From an uncultured Spirochaetaceae bacterium (lineage in GTDB: Bacteria; Spirochaetota; Spirochaetia; Sphaerochaetales; Sphaerochaetaceae), in assembly GCA_944389075.1 (NCBI GenBank), contig CALXLA010000038.1, forward strand, positions 23,560 through 87,559: a stretch of DNA of 64,000 bases, in the 5' to 3' direction. Positions 46,829 through 57,068 of this stretch are shown here, one piece after another. The stretch's first letter is position 1, and every line of letters begins with the position of its first letter. The notes under the pieces are model-generated. The model searched no databases and was not told where the DNA came from. It was given only the letters and a program-made list of their open reading frames with translations. A program made the position numbers and the translations under genes.

Positions 46829-47487
46829 GCTTTCTCATCCTTCTGGAATGATCTTATATGGAGATAGACCGTATTCCTTGAGATATCCAATGCAGCCGCA
46901 ACAGATGCGACAGCATCCTTCATCTTGAAGAAGCCTTTGTCATAGAGAATCTTTATCAGCTCCTTGTTCTTATTTGCAGAGGAAATCGATGGATTCTGCA
47001 TCACCTGGTTGCGTGCTTCGCTTATTGCCTCGCTGAGGGCATCAGCCATACTGGGCGCAAAATACTCACGCTCTGCCTGTACTCTATCGGTTCCTGTAAG
47101 CGACTGGATTAACTCAGTAAGCGGAGAATCAAGATAGAAGTTGATGCAGAGCATCCCAATGACCCTGCCCTTTTCCCCAAGGATCGGTATGGTAGAAGAC
47201 TTCAGATGCTCGCCTGTACGAGTAACGGCATTGTAGGACGTATATGAGGATGTTGCGGATAATCCTTCATCTCCTATCCTCTTCAGCATATTGATTGCCA
47301 GATCTGTCAGAGGGGCGCCTTCGGTACGGCCGGAATGATAGCCATTCATTATCCTGATTACGGAATGATTATAATCCTCAAGACTATGGAGGCTTATCTC
47401 ATAAGCAGAGCCAAGATACCCTGAAAGGGCTTCAACCATCGAAGCATATGAATCCAGAATGATCTTATCAATCGCCGTCAGCTTCAT
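46822..47487 (-). CDS. YheO-like transcriptional regulator (PAS-like sensor plus HTH)
   Basis: YEISLHSLEDYNHSVIRIMNGYHSGRTEGAPLTD (YheO PAS-like block) and a C-terminal HTH LDISRNTVYLHIR. SD AGGTGA upstream. Confidence 0.8.
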   Translation of the reverse strand: MKLTAIDKIILDSYASMVEALSGYLGSAYEISLHSLEDYNHSVIRIMNGYHSGRTEGAPLTDLAINMLKRIGDEGLSATSSYTSYNAVTRTGEHLKSSTIPILGEKGRVIGMLCINFYLDSPLTELIQSLTGTDRVQAEREYFAPSMADALSEAISEARNQVMQNPSISSANKNKELIKILYDKGFFKMKDAVASVAAALDISRNTVYLHIRSFQKDEKAH

Positions 47488-47625
47488 ACTTCACCTGTTT
47501 TTGTTGCAATTTGTTTCCAAAGACAAATATATCATGAGAGATTGGCAGGAACAATCAAATTTATCAGATAAAATGAACTATATTTTATTGACATTAATTT
47601 ATTTCATTATAAAACTGAGACTGCA

Positions 47626-48807
47626 ATGGAAAGGGAAACACCGGTTCTGGCAGATGACAGCAAACTGTATCGCCTCAAATGGGAATGGGAGAAAGAAAAG
47701 ACAGGCTATAGCGACCTGCTCTCCTTCGGCACAGCTGATATGGACTACAGGACCCCGGAGCCGGTACTCAAAGCATTAGACGATGTCATAGCAGCCGGGC
47801 ATCTGGGATACCCGATGGTGAAGGAAGAGTTCTATCAGGCAATCCGCAATCACTATATGGAATATGGGTGGGATATAAATGCGATAAGCTCCGTTGCCCA
47901 GCATATCGGGATATATCCTGCAGCCTGGAACGCAATCGATGCATTCACATCACCCGGCGACAAGATCACGATACTGACTCCTGTGCATTTCTGCTTCAGG
48001 CGTATGATTGTCCTGAATGACCGTATTCCGATTGAATGTCCTCTCATATACAGCAATGGCAGATATTCAATAGACTATCATGCACTCGATGCATGCCTTG
48101 GGAGCGGAAGCAGGATGCTGTGGCTCTGCAATCCGCATAATCCAATCGGATGTGCATGGAAGAAAGATGAGCTTACGGAAATCGCACAGCTGGCGGAAAA
48201 GCATGGAACCATAATACTGACAGATGATGTCTATTCAGGACTTCTCTTTCCTGGTGCTGAATACACTCCGATTGCCTCGCTGTCCAAGGAAATCTCATAC
48301 AGGACAATTACATTATGCTCAACAAGCAAATGCTATAACACGACAGGTCTCAAGCATGCATATGCCATCATCGAAAATCCTGAGATGTTCAAGACATACT
48401 CAGAATCACTGGACAGACAGGACCTCGGATATGGGATGAATATCATGGGGATGGCTGCCGTGATAGCTGCTTATGGAGAATGCGATGAATGGCTCCATTC
48501 ACTGATGGAAGAGATAAGCAGAAAGCACAGATTCGTGACAGACTTCATAAATGAGAATATTCCTGCACTCTCTGTCACAGAATCCAATGCCTCGTATTTC
48601 GCATGGATCGATATGCGCTCACTTGGCATGAATGCAAAGGAAATAGCCTACAGGCTTGAGACCGAGGAACACATGGTATTCGAGAATGGAGCGGACCTTG
48701 GCAAGGGTGGCGCCGGCTTCATCAGGATGAATCTGGCAACAAGCGATATGAACATAGAAAGAGGCATGGAGAGGCTCAAGGCCTTCTCCGGACGCCATCT
48801 GAGATAG
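47626..48807 (+). CDS. MalY/PatB-family PLP-dependent C-S lyase (cystalysin-like), copy 1
   Basis: 393 aa, aminotransferase class I/II fold. GTADMDY, NPHNP.G and STSKCYN (PLP Lys). Confidence 0.85.
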   Translation: MERETPVLADDSKLYRLKWEWEKEKTGYSDLLSFGTADMDYRTPEPVLKALDDVIAAGHLGYPMVKEEFYQAIRNHYMEYGWDINAISSVAQHIGIYPAAWNAIDAFTSPGDKITILTPVHFCFRRMIVLNDRIPIECPLIYSNGRYSIDYHALDACLGSGSRMLWLCNPHNPIGCAWKKDELTEIAQLAEKHGTIILTDDVYSGLLFPGAEYTPIASLSKEISYRTITLCSTSKCYNTTGLKHAYAIIENPEMFKTYSESLDRQDLGYGMNIMGMAAVIAAYGECDEWLHSLMEEISRKHRFVTDFINENIPALSVTESNASYFAWIDMRSLGMNAKEIAYRLETEEHMVFENGADLGKGGAGFIRMNLATSDMNIERGMERLKAFSGRHLR

Positions 48808-48816
48808 GAGATCAGA

Positions 48817-49986
48817 ATGTACGATTTCGACACGACACCGGATCACAGGCACAACCATTCATACAGATGGGATATGGCTGATATGCCTGATGATGTGATA
48901 GGTATGGGAACAGCAGACCTGGATTATTTCTGTGCGCCATGCATCAGGGATGCTCTTATTCCGATTGCAGAGGAGAACTGCTACAACTACAGGCAGCGCA
49001 CAGATGAGTACTATGACGCGGTAACCGGCTGGTATGAGAGGAATTACGGCCTTCATGTGAGGAAAGAATGGATTTCAAGCGTTCCCAGCACTATCGGAGC
49101 TGTCAGGATGGCCCTCGGGATATTCGCAAAGCCCGGTGACAATGTCATCGTGCAGACTCCTGTGTTCCAGCCACTTCAGTGGGCTGTCGATGGCGCAGAC
49201 TGCAATCTCATCCCGAATCCGATGAGAATCGTCAATGGACACTATGAGATAGACTTCGATGATTTCGAAAGGAAGATCATAGAGACAAAGCCTGCAGCAT
49301 ATCTTCTTGTGAACCCTCACAATCCTACAGGCAGGGTCTTCACGAGGAAAGAGCTTGAGACTCTTGTATCGATCTGCGCCGCGCACGATGTGAAGATAAT
49401 CTCAGATGAGGTCCATGGGATGATTGTCTATGATGGCAATGAGTTTACCCCGCTTCTTGCAGTGAATGACAAAGCAAAGGAGATAGGAATACAGGTGGTA
49501 AGCCTCAGTAAGGGATACAATATCATGAGCCTGCCCCATGCAATCATAACAATCGCCAATGAAGAGATGCAGAGACTGTGGATGAGACAGATCCAGGCAT
49601 TCTCTTTCGGCTATGCGACAAACAGCTTCTCCATCCAGGCTGTGACTACAATCATGGAAGGCAAAGCCGATGAATGGATGAAAGAGCTCACGGAATACCT
49701 GAAAGGGAATCTTGATATGATCCTCTCTTTCATAAAGGAGCATGATCTTCCACTGATTCCATACAAGCCAGAAGGAAGCTTCCTTCTATGGATAGACTGC
49801 AGGAAAGCGGGTATAGGTGACACTGCCCTGGATAAGTTCTTCATGGAAAAGGCCCACATACATCTTGATGATGGCGAGGAGAACTTCGGTCCGGAAGGAA
49901 GAGGTTTCATCAGAATCAACTTCGCAGTCACCAGGAAAGACCTGAAGGAAGCGCTTGGCCGCATCCTCAAGGCCTTTGCTTCTTGA
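48817..49986 (+). CDS. MalY/PatB-family PLP-dependent C-S lyase (cystalysin-like), copy 2
   Basis: 389 aa. MYDFDT..DHR..HSYRWD, GTADLDY, NPHNPTG, SLSKGYN. Confidence 0.85.
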   Translation: MYDFDTTPDHRHNHSYRWDMADMPDDVIGMGTADLDYFCAPCIRDALIPIAEENCYNYRQRTDEYYDAVTGWYERNYGLHVRKEWISSVPSTIGAVRMALGIFAKPGDNVIVQTPVFQPLQWAVDGADCNLIPNPMRIVNGHYEIDFDDFERKIIETKPAAYLLVNPHNPTGRVFTRKELETLVSICAAHDVKIISDEVHGMIVYDGNEFTPLLAVNDKAKEIGIQVVSLSKGYNIMSLPHAIITIANEEMQRLWMRQIQAFSFGYATNSFSIQAVTTIMEGKADEWMKELTEYLKGNLDMILSFIKEHDLPLIPYKPEGSFLLWIDCRKAGIGDTALDKFFMEKAHIHLDDGEENFGPEGRGFIRINFAVTRKDLKEALGRILKAFAS

Positions 49987-50011
49987 AATCTTTTTTTTTG
50001 GAGAGATATAA

Positions 50012-51445
50012 ATGAGTGAGAAAACTGAAAAAGCAGCGGCAAAAAAGGTTATGACACCTGGTCTTGCCCTTCTGGGTTTCCTTGGACCGATCGCAATACT
50101 TGTTGCCCTTATAGCAATCGGAGCAGATGTTACGATAGCAGCAGTCATATCGCTTTTCGTGATGCTATGCTTCTGCATGTACATGGGCTACAGGTGGGAA
50201 GAGCTGGACTCTGCGATGGCTGATGGCGTCAAGCAGATTGCGACAGCTGCGATGATCATGCTTCTTGTCGGCTGCATGGTAGCAGTATGGATGGCTGCAG
50301 GTACGATACCTACTCTTCTCTATTACGGCATGAAGATAATCACGCCAAAGCTTTTCCTGCCTATCTGCTTCATACTTCCTGCATTCATGGCTGTATGTAC
50401 AGGAACCAGCTGGGGTTCGATAAGCACTATCGGCGTTGTCCTCTGCGGAATGTCGGCAGGTCTCGGCATCCCTGTAGGAATGGCTGCGGGCGCCGTGATA
50501 TCAGGAGCATTCTTCGGCGATAAGATGAGTCCGCTTTCAGACACGACACTTCTGGCATCATCATCAACTGAAGTACCGCTATTCGTGCACATCAGATCGA
50601 TGTGGTACACCACGATACCCGGTACGATAATCTGTCTCATCCTCTATACATTCCTTGGCATCCAGGCATCGGGAAATATCGATACAGCAGCCGTGAATGA
50701 GCTGTCAAACGGCATCTCATCGACATTCAATATAAGCCTCCTGCATATAATCCCTGTAGTGATAGTGCTGTTCCTTTCCGTAAAGCAGGTCCCTGCATTC
50801 CTCACATTCGGAATCGGAATCGTTCTTGGTGTCATCTGGGCAATCATATTCCAGGGACATAGCTTTGCAGAGAACCTCACATACCTGATGAGCGGATTCT
50901 CAGTAGAAAGCGGCGTGCCAGCAGTCGATGCACTTGTCAACAGAGGTGGTTTCTCCAGCATGCTCTCGCTTGTAGGCATACTGCTTGTGCTTGGCATGCT
51001 CAGTGGGCTGTTTACAGAGTCAGGAGTACTCAATGCAATAGTCTCCAACCTTTCTAAGAAGCTCAATACACCTGGGACAATCATGTTCGGCGTATGGATC
51101 TCAGCTTTCATCATCTGCCTCATCGCAGGACAGTATCCGGCAATTGCAATCACAGCTGTAGCATTCAAGGATATCTGCGATGATATGGATATCAACAGAG
51201 CAGTACTTTCCAGAACTCTTGAGGATGTTGGCACAATGATTGCGGCAATCGTCCCATGGAATGCATGGGTAATCGGCTATGGCGTGGTACTTGGAGGAAT
51301 ATCTGTAATGGACTTCATCCCATACACATTCCTTCCTATGCTCTGCCCTATCCTTACCCTCATATTCAACTTCACAGGCGTCGGCATGTATCACAGTAAT
51401 GACGAAGTGAAGTACAGGCCTTTCTGGATCAGAAAGAACCACTAA
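50012..51445 (+). CDS. NhaC-family Na+/H+ antiporter-like transporter
   Basis: 477 aa, about 12 TM helices, NhaC-type pattern (GTIPTLLYYG, TGTSWGS). SD GGAGAG upstream. Confidence 0.85.
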   Translation: MSEKTEKAAAKKVMTPGLALLGFLGPIAILVALIAIGADVTIAAVISLFVMLCFCMYMGYRWEELDSAMADGVKQIATAAMIMLLVGCMVAVWMAAGTIPTLLYYGMKIITPKLFLPICFILPAFMAVCTGTSWGSISTIGVVLCGMSAGLGIPVGMAAGAVISGAFFGDKMSPLSDTTLLASSSTEVPLFVHIRSMWYTTIPGTIICLILYTFLGIQASGNIDTAAVNELSNGISSTFNISLLHIIPVVIVLFLSVKQVPAFLTFGIGIVLGVIWAIIFQGHSFAENLTYLMSGFSVESGVPAVDALVNRGGFSSMLSLVGILLVLGMLSGLFTESGVLNAIVSNLSKKLNTPGTIMFGVWISAFIICLIAGQYPAIAITAVAFKDICDDMDINRAVLSRTLEDVGTMIAAIVPWNAWVIGYGVVLGGISVMDFIPYTFLPMLCPILTLIFNFTGVGMYHSNDEVKYRPFWIRKNH

Positions 51446-51460
51446 GCAATAACTACAATT

Positions 51461-51499
51461 GGGGAATCTTCAAAGGAAAGTATCTTATGAGGATTCCCC
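51461..51499. terminator. Candidate terminator hairpin after the nhaC-like gene
   Basis: GGGGAATCTTCA-15 nt-TGAGGATTCCCC: a 12-bp stem with one G-U, and a weak T-rich tail. Confidence 0.4.
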
Positions 51500-51745
51500 A
51501 TGCTTTATGATTATGGATGCCCTGTTTCTTAAAGTCTTCAATCATTATAATTATCTGTCTTAATTTCTTTCTTCTGATTTATAGATATGTCAGATGCGAT
51601 CAGCGAGGTTTATACTCAATCTGATGCTACGCATGAAGGACCTGCGTTTAGTCGTTCCTGCATGGATAATCAAGGCCTGAACCCATTGATGGTGCACGCA
51701 ATACTCTCACACCGCCATTCAGGCCTTGCTAGTAAGATCTTTCAG

Positions 51746-52441
51746 TTACTTCTGCCCATAGTAGGCATTCTTGCCATGCTTGCGGAAGTAATGTTTATCC
51801 TTCAGTACCTGAGGAGCTTCAGCAGCTGTAGGAAGTATATCCTTTGTATGGACAGCCATCTTCGCGATTTCCTCAAGCACAACTGCATTGTGGACGGCTT
51901 CATGAGCATCCTTCCCCCATGCGAAAGGACCATGATTCTTGCAGAGGACACCGGGGACAGCCACAGGATCGAGATTCCTGAATGTCTCAATGATAACAAG
52001 CCCTGTATTCTTCTCATACTCGCCGTTTATCTCATCATCTGTAAGCGAGCGCGCACAGGGTATTGATCCATAGAAGTAATCTGCATGAGTTGTTCCATAG
52101 CAGGGAATCGCAAGGCCTGTCTGTGCCCAGCTGGTTGCCCACTCCGAATGAGTATGGACAATACCTCCTACATCACTGAAAGCCTTATAGAGCTCAATAT
52201 GCGTAGGAGCATCGCTGGAAGGCCTGAGACTGCCTTCCACGACATTGCCGTCAAGATCCATGATCACGATATCGTCTGCTGTCATCTTATCGTACTCGAC
52301 CCCGCTCGGCTTTATTGCGATAAGACCAGCTTTCCTGTCTATCTCTGAGACATTGCCCCATGTGAAAGTGACAAGACCATATTTCGGCAGCAGCAGATTC
52401 GCATCAAGAACCCTTTTCTTCATATCCTCAAGCATCTTCAT
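51746..52441 (-). CDS. araD: L-ribulose-5-phosphate 4-epimerase
   Basis: 231 aa. GNVS, IKPSG, HTHS and HGPF class II aldolase/epimerase motifs. ATGA overlap with the kinase gene. Confidence 0.9.
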   Translation of the reverse strand: MKMLEDMKKRVLDANLLLPKYGLVTFTWGNVSEIDRKAGLIAIKPSGVEYDKMTADDIVIMDLDGNVVEGSLRPSSDAPTHIELYKAFSDVGGIVHTHSEWATSWAQTGLAIPCYGTTHADYFYGSIPCARSLTDDEINGEYEKNTGLVIIETFRNLDPVAVPGVLCKNHGPFAWGKDAHEAVHNAVVLEEIAKMAVHTKDILPTAAEAPQVLKDKHYFRKHGKNAYYGQK

Positions 52442-54018
52442 ACCCTCTTATAGTTATCGACAGCGGCTTTCTCGATCTCAAGTCCATTGATATAAGCCTT
52501 GTAGAATGAGTCGAATCCTGCAAGATCCTCTGCAGTAGGCTCGACTGTTATGCTTTCAGCAGAACCGAATACATCCCCATCAAGATACTCAGGAAGCGTC
52601 TTATCTGATGAAAGATAATCAGCAAGTATGGCAATGCCCCATGCACCGCCCTCACCAGCAGTCGAGAGCACGCGGATAGGAGTCTTCAGCGCTGCCGCCA
52701 TCATTCTCTGCCCTACTTCAGCTGTCTTGAAATAACCACCATGGCCATTCATAACATCAAGAGCTGCATGCTCCTTGTCGAACAGGATATCAAGGCCTGT
52801 GCGCATAGCTGCTACAGCTGTATAGAGCTCGCATCTGATGAAGTTCGGAAGATTGAAGCGCGAGTCAGCTGTGCGGACATTCATCGGACATCCATCATTC
52901 AGCCCGGTGATAGGCTCTCCAGAGATATAGTTATAACTGAGAAGACCTCCGCAATCAGGATCAGCCTTGAGCGCAAGATTGAGGAGCGTATCATAGAACT
53001 TCCCCTTCTTCACTTCAACGCCCATAGCCTCAAGAACTTCCCTGAAAAGGGAGAACCAAGCATCATAGCTTCCTGTGCAGTTGTTTGTATGAGCCATTGC
53101 GACAAGCTTTCCATCTGGAGTCGTCACAAGATCAAGCTCGCTGTATGGACGTGAAAGAGGATGCTCAAGTACGACCATCGCAAAAGCACTCGTACCTGCA
53201 CTTACATTGCCTGTCCTTGGAAGGATTGCATTTGTCGCGACCATACCGGTTCCTGCATCCCCTTCAGGAGGACAGAGAGGGCATCCAGCCTCAAGCTCAC
53301 CATCAGGATCAAGGAGAAGCGCACCTTCCTTCGTAAGATAGCCTGCGTTCTCTCCTGCAAGGAGCACCTGAGGAAGGAGCTTCTCAACTGGCTTAGGACC
53401 ATTGTATTTCTTGTTGAAAAGCCCAAGAGCCTTCGGATCATAGGAATCGCTGGCAGTATCAATCGGGAACATGCCGGAAGCATCACCTATTCCGATGACA
53501 TTCTTTCCGGTAAGAAGGAAATGAACATAGGCGGCAAGCGTCATAATCTTGTCAAGTTTAGGAAGATACTCCGCCCCATCCTTGATTTCCTTCAGATAAT
53601 GACTGATCGACCATCTCTGCGGGACCGGATAGGAGAACAGTTCCGTAAGTTCTTTGCTCTCAGCTTCCGTGATTGTATTGCGCCATGTGCGGAAAGGAGT
53701 CAGCAGTTTGCCATCCGCATCGAAAGCCATATAGCCATGCATCATAGCACTTATGCCAAGAGCCTTAAGGCGTGTGAGCCTGATGCCATATTTCTCCTCG
53801 ACATCCTTTTTCAGCGATGAATAACAGCTCCTGAGCCCTTCCTTGATATCATCGATTGTATAAGTCCATATCCCATTCTCGTTGCGGTTTTCCCAGTCAT
53901 GGGCGCCGCTTGCGATAGGACTTTTATCAGAACCAATCAGTATTGCCTTGATCCGCGTTGAGCCGAATTCGATACCAAGGCTGCACATGCCGCTTCCTAT
54001 TTCATTCCTAACATCCAT
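52438..54018 (-). CDS. araB: FGGY-family carbohydrate kinase (ribulokinase by context)
   Basis: 526 aa. N-terminal [12 protein letters not shown] and FGGY C-terminal blocks. Sits between araA and araD. Confidence 0.75.
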   Translation of the reverse strand: MDVRNEIGSGMCSLGIEFGSTRIKAILIGSDKSPIASGAHDWENRNENGIWTYTIDDIKEGLRSCYSSLKKDVEEKYGIRLTRLKALGISAMMHGYMAFDADGKLLTPFRTWRNTITEAESKELTELFSYPVPQRWSISHYLKEIKDGAEYLPKLDKIMTLAAYVHFLLTGKNVIGIGDASGMFPIDTASDSYDPKALGLFNKKYNGPKPVEKLLPQVLLAGENAGYLTKEGALLLDPDGELEAGCPLCPPEGDAGTGMVATNAILPRTGNVSAGTSAFAMVVLEHPLSRPYSELDLVTTPDGKLVAMAHTNNCTGSYDAWFSLFREVLEAMGVEVKKGKFYDTLLNLALKADPDCGGLLSYNYISGEPITGLNDGCPMNVRTADSRFNLPNFIRCELYTAVAAMRTGLDILFDKEHAALDVMNGHGGYFKTAEVGQRMMAAALKTPIRVLSTAGEGGAWGIAILADYLSSDKTLPEYLDGDVFGSAESITVEPTAEDLAGFDSFYKAYINGLEIEKAAVDNYKRV

Positions 54019-54022
54019 ACTC

Positions 54023-55495
54023 TCACCTGTAGAAGACCTGATTAAGTCTCATCTTGTCACAGAAATCATCTATTTTCGTATTCTTGTCAATCACAAGAGC
54101 CTCAATACCCATCGCATCAGCCCATGCCTTCATCTGATGTGAATTCAGATTATACGAGAATGATGTATGGTGACATCCACCTGCACGTATCCAGGCCTCA
54201 GCACCTGTAGCGAGATCAGGCTCAGGCCTCCAGTAAGCAGTGGCAACAGGAAGCTTCGGCATCTTCTCAGGAACAGGAAGGCATTCGACATCATTGATGA
54301 TCAGGCGGCATCTTGAACCCATATCGACAAGGGATACTGCTATGGCCTTGCCTGTCCTGCATGTATAGACAAGTCTTGCGGGATCTTCCCTGTTTCCCAT
54401 CGACAGTGGCTGGACCTTTATCGCGATATCGCCATCGGCAACAGTCGGACAGACCTCAAGCATATGAGCCTGGAGTATTGCCTCGGCACCGGGAACAAGA
54501 TTATAAGTGTAATCCTCGAAGAAGCTCGTGCCCTTGTTACCGGTCATCATCTTCATCAGCGAAACCATCGCAGCTGTCTTCCAGTCACCTTCCGCACCGA
54601 AGCCATATCCCTTCTCCATCAGACGCTGGATCGCAAGCCCCGGAAGCTGCTTAAGTCCTCCGAGATCCCCGAAGTGAGTGACTATGGCATTGTAGTTCTT
54701 CTCCTTCAGGAAGCGCTCAAAACCAATCTCTATCCCGGCTTGTACCTCTACATGCTTCCTGAATTCCTCCGGATCCCTTCCTTCAAGGAGAATCGTGTAC
54801 TTCGAGTAATATTCATCGGTAAGCGTCTTGATTTCCGCAGGACTCACTTCATCGACATACTTCACTATGTCATTCACAGGATATGCATCGATAGTCCATC
54901 CGAATGTGAGAGCCGCATCGACCTTATCGCCTTCAGTGTCTGCGACATCGCGCATATTATCCGCAATGCGGACGACCCTGACCTTATTCGTATCAACGAT
55001 GCCGATCGCAGTCGTCATCCATGATGCGATCTTCTTCTGCACAGACTCATGGGACCAGTGACCGACGACAATCTCCCGGGGAATCCCCATCCTTGTCATG
55101 ATGTAGCCGAATTCCCTGTCGCCATGAGCGCTCTGGTTCTCATTCATGAAATCCATATCTATGGTTGAGAACGGAAGCGCCTCATTGTACTGGGTATGAA
55201 GATGAAGTATTGGTTTCTCAGCGATCTTCAGGCCCTTTATCCAGGCCTTTGCAGGGCTGAATGTATGCATCCATACGATAGTCCCATAGCACTCCGGATC
55301 GCTGTTTGCCTCCCTGAAGAACTTCTCTATCCCATCGCTGGTCAGAAGCGTCGGCTTATAGACGATCTCATATGGTATCAGGGATGAGCTGTTGAAAGCC
55401 TCTGTGATCTTCCTCGCATGCTCTGCTACATGCTCAAGGCATTCATCGCCATACAAGTCCTGCGAACCTGCTGCGAAATAGAATTTCCGTGCCAT
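54023..55495 (-). CDS. araA: L-arabinose isomerase
   Basis: MARKFYFAAGSQDLYGDECL..., HTFSPAK, and EGDWKTA with a downstream EDYTYN block. ATG at 55495 is preceded by AGGAGG; the longer ORF to 55771 overlaps the GH4 gene. Confidence 0.9.
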   Translation of the reverse strand: MARKFYFAAGSQDLYGDECLEHVAEHARKITEAFNSSSLIPYEIVYKPTLLTSDGIEKFFREANSDPECYGTIVWMHTFSPAKAWIKGLKIAEKPILHLHTQYNEALPFSTIDMDFMNENQSAHGDREFGYIMTRMGIPREIVVGHWSHESVQKKIASWMTTAIGIVDTNKVRVVRIADNMRDVADTEGDKVDAALTFGWTIDAYPVNDIVKYVDEVSPAEIKTLTDEYYSKYTILLEGRDPEEFRKHVEVQAGIEIGFERFLKEKNYNAIVTHFGDLGGLKQLPGLAIQRLMEKGYGFGAEGDWKTAAMVSLMKMMTGNKGTSFFEDYTYNLVPGAEAILQAHMLEVCPTVADGDIAIKVQPLSMGNREDPARLVYTCRTGKAIAVSLVDMGSRCRLIINDVECLPVPEKMPKLPVATAYWRPEPDLATGAEAWIRAGGCHHTSFSYNLNSHQMKAWADAMGIEALVIDKNTKIDDFCDKMRLNQVFYR

Positions 55496-55592
55496 AAAAC
55501 CTCCTATTTCTTCTTTCTGAGAAGAACGACTGACTGCACGACAAGGAATATGCAGATCATGATTGCGACTGGCCAAGAAACTTTTAAGAAAC

Positions 55593-57056
55593 TCACTGCT
55601 TTCTTGCAACGAGCTCTTCATTTCTATTCTGGATGAGCTCTTCGAGAGTTTTCTCCTTATTTCTGATTCCCTTATAGTTTGGATTTGTTGGGATAAGATT
55701 ACCTTTGTTCCATCTTTCTTTGGCCTGCCTGATTGCTTCCTTATATTGCGGAAGCCATTGTTCCTGCGCAATTAGCATTTCGTCGACCATCTGCCATATC
55801 TCTGGAGGATTACAGACGGCTCCGGTAAGAGGATCCATAAGCGCAGCTTGCTTGAGAAGATCAGCATTGCCAGATACAGCAGCTTCAACGGCAAGCTTCT
55901 GAACCCATATAGACTGAGAACATACTGCAGCACAACCAAGCGGAAGATCTCCAATCTTTGGTACGGAAATACCATTTCCATCTACATAACAGGGAACTTC
56001 AACTACACACTCATATGGAAGATTAGAAATACAGCCTTCATTCATAACGTTGAAATCGCCTCTATACTTCTTTCCTGTCTCAAGAGCTTCCATAATATAA
56101 GAACAATGTTCAAGACTTCTATCAGAGCCATCATACTTCTTTGGTGGCTCCTTTAGAATCTCCTCATATTCATAATCGAAGTATTTCCTTTGTTCCCTTG
56201 TCTGTCTCAAGTAACCTGCGGTTTCACCCATAATCCAACGATCAAGACATATCCAATCTTTAATCTCTTCTGGTCTCTTTCTGTACCAGGCAAGATATTC
56301 TGAAAGATGACCATTTGATTCTGTAGAGTAATATCCAAATCGGCGAAGCATATCAATCCTTACTTTCTCCTGGCGGCTAAGTATTGGATTCTTCTCATAT
56401 GCCTCAAGAAGCTGATCTCTCAGCTCTACTCCATGATGTTTTACAGAGAGATACCAAGTCTGATGATTGAGCCCTGCACATGTGAAATCGAGTTCATCAC
56501 GTGGAATACCTAAAGCTTCTGCAATCTGAAACTCTCCATGTATTTCACCATGACAAAGTCCTAATGTCTTTACACCACCATATTTATTGCATGCCCAAGT
56601 AGCCATCGCATTCGGATTTGAGTAATTGAGCATGATACACCCTGGTGCAGCAACCTCTCTTATGTCTTTACAGAAATTAAGCATTTCTGCAATTACCCTT
56701 TGGCCATACATAATTCCACCAATACAGAGAGTATCTCCTACACACTGATCAACACCATATTTAAGAGGAATCTCTATATCTGTTTCAAATCCTTCTATAC
56801 CACCAATCCTGACACAATTAACAACGTAATTGGCATCCTTGAATGATTCTCTTCTATCAAGTGTTGTTTGAATCTTGATATTCACACCATTTGTATCGAG
56901 ATCACGCTGACAGAGTTCAGCTACACGCTGAAGATTCACAGAATCGATATCGGTGAACGATACTTCCGCATCATGGAAAGCTTCAACAGACATAATGTCT
57001 GTAAACAAAGTCCTTGCAAATACAAGGCTACCTGCACCTATGAAACTAACTTTCAT
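55593..57056 (-). CDS. Glycoside hydrolase family 4 (NAD+/Mn2+-dependent alpha-glucosidase/galactosidase type)
   Basis: MKVSFIGAGS Rossmann start, NYSNP and GLCHG motifs of GH4. SD AGGAGGG upstream. Confidence 0.85.
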   Translation of the reverse strand: MKVSFIGAGSLVFARTLFTDIMSVEAFHDAEVSFTDIDSVNLQRVAELCQRDLDTNGVNIKIQTTLDRRESFKDANYVVNCVRIGGIEGFETDIEIPLKYGVDQCVGDTLCIGGIMYGQRVIAEMLNFCKDIREVAAPGCIMLNYSNPNAMATWACNKYGGVKTLGLCHGEIHGEFQIAEALGIPRDELDFTCAGLNHQTWYLSVKHHGVELRDQLLEAYEKNPILSRQEKVRIDMLRRFGYYSTESNGHLSEYLAWYRKRPEEIKDWICLDRWIMGETAGYLRQTREQRKYFDYEYEEILKEPPKKYDGSDRSLEHCSYIMEALETGKKYRGDFNVMNEGCISNLPYECVVEVPCYVDGNGISVPKIGDLPLGCAAVCSQSIWVQKLAVEAAVSGNADLLKQAALMDPLTGAVCNPPEIWQMVDEMLIAQEQWLPQYKEAIRQAKERWNKGNLIPTNPNYKGIRNKEKTLEELIQNRNEELVARKQ

Positions 57057-57068
57057 AGTCCCTCCTTT

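Noticed and set aside
51587-52066. 159-aa plus-strand ORF starting in the nhaC/araD spacer.
   Set aside because: Two thirds of it is antisense to araD. It has no SD and no motifs.
55520-55592. Direct repeat AAGAAACT-TTT-AAGAAACT and small hairpins in the GH4-araA spacer, considered as a terminator or operator.
   Set aside because: The stems are only about 6 bp and have no T-run. They are too weak to call, so I mention them only in the context of possible read-through into araA.
54023-55771. Long version of the araA ORF (582 aa), starting 92 codons upstream.
   Set aside because: The extension is K/R/S-rich junk that overlaps the 3' end of the GH4 gene. The ATG at 55495 has a perfect AGGAGG and gives the canonical MARKFYF... 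isomerase N-terminus.
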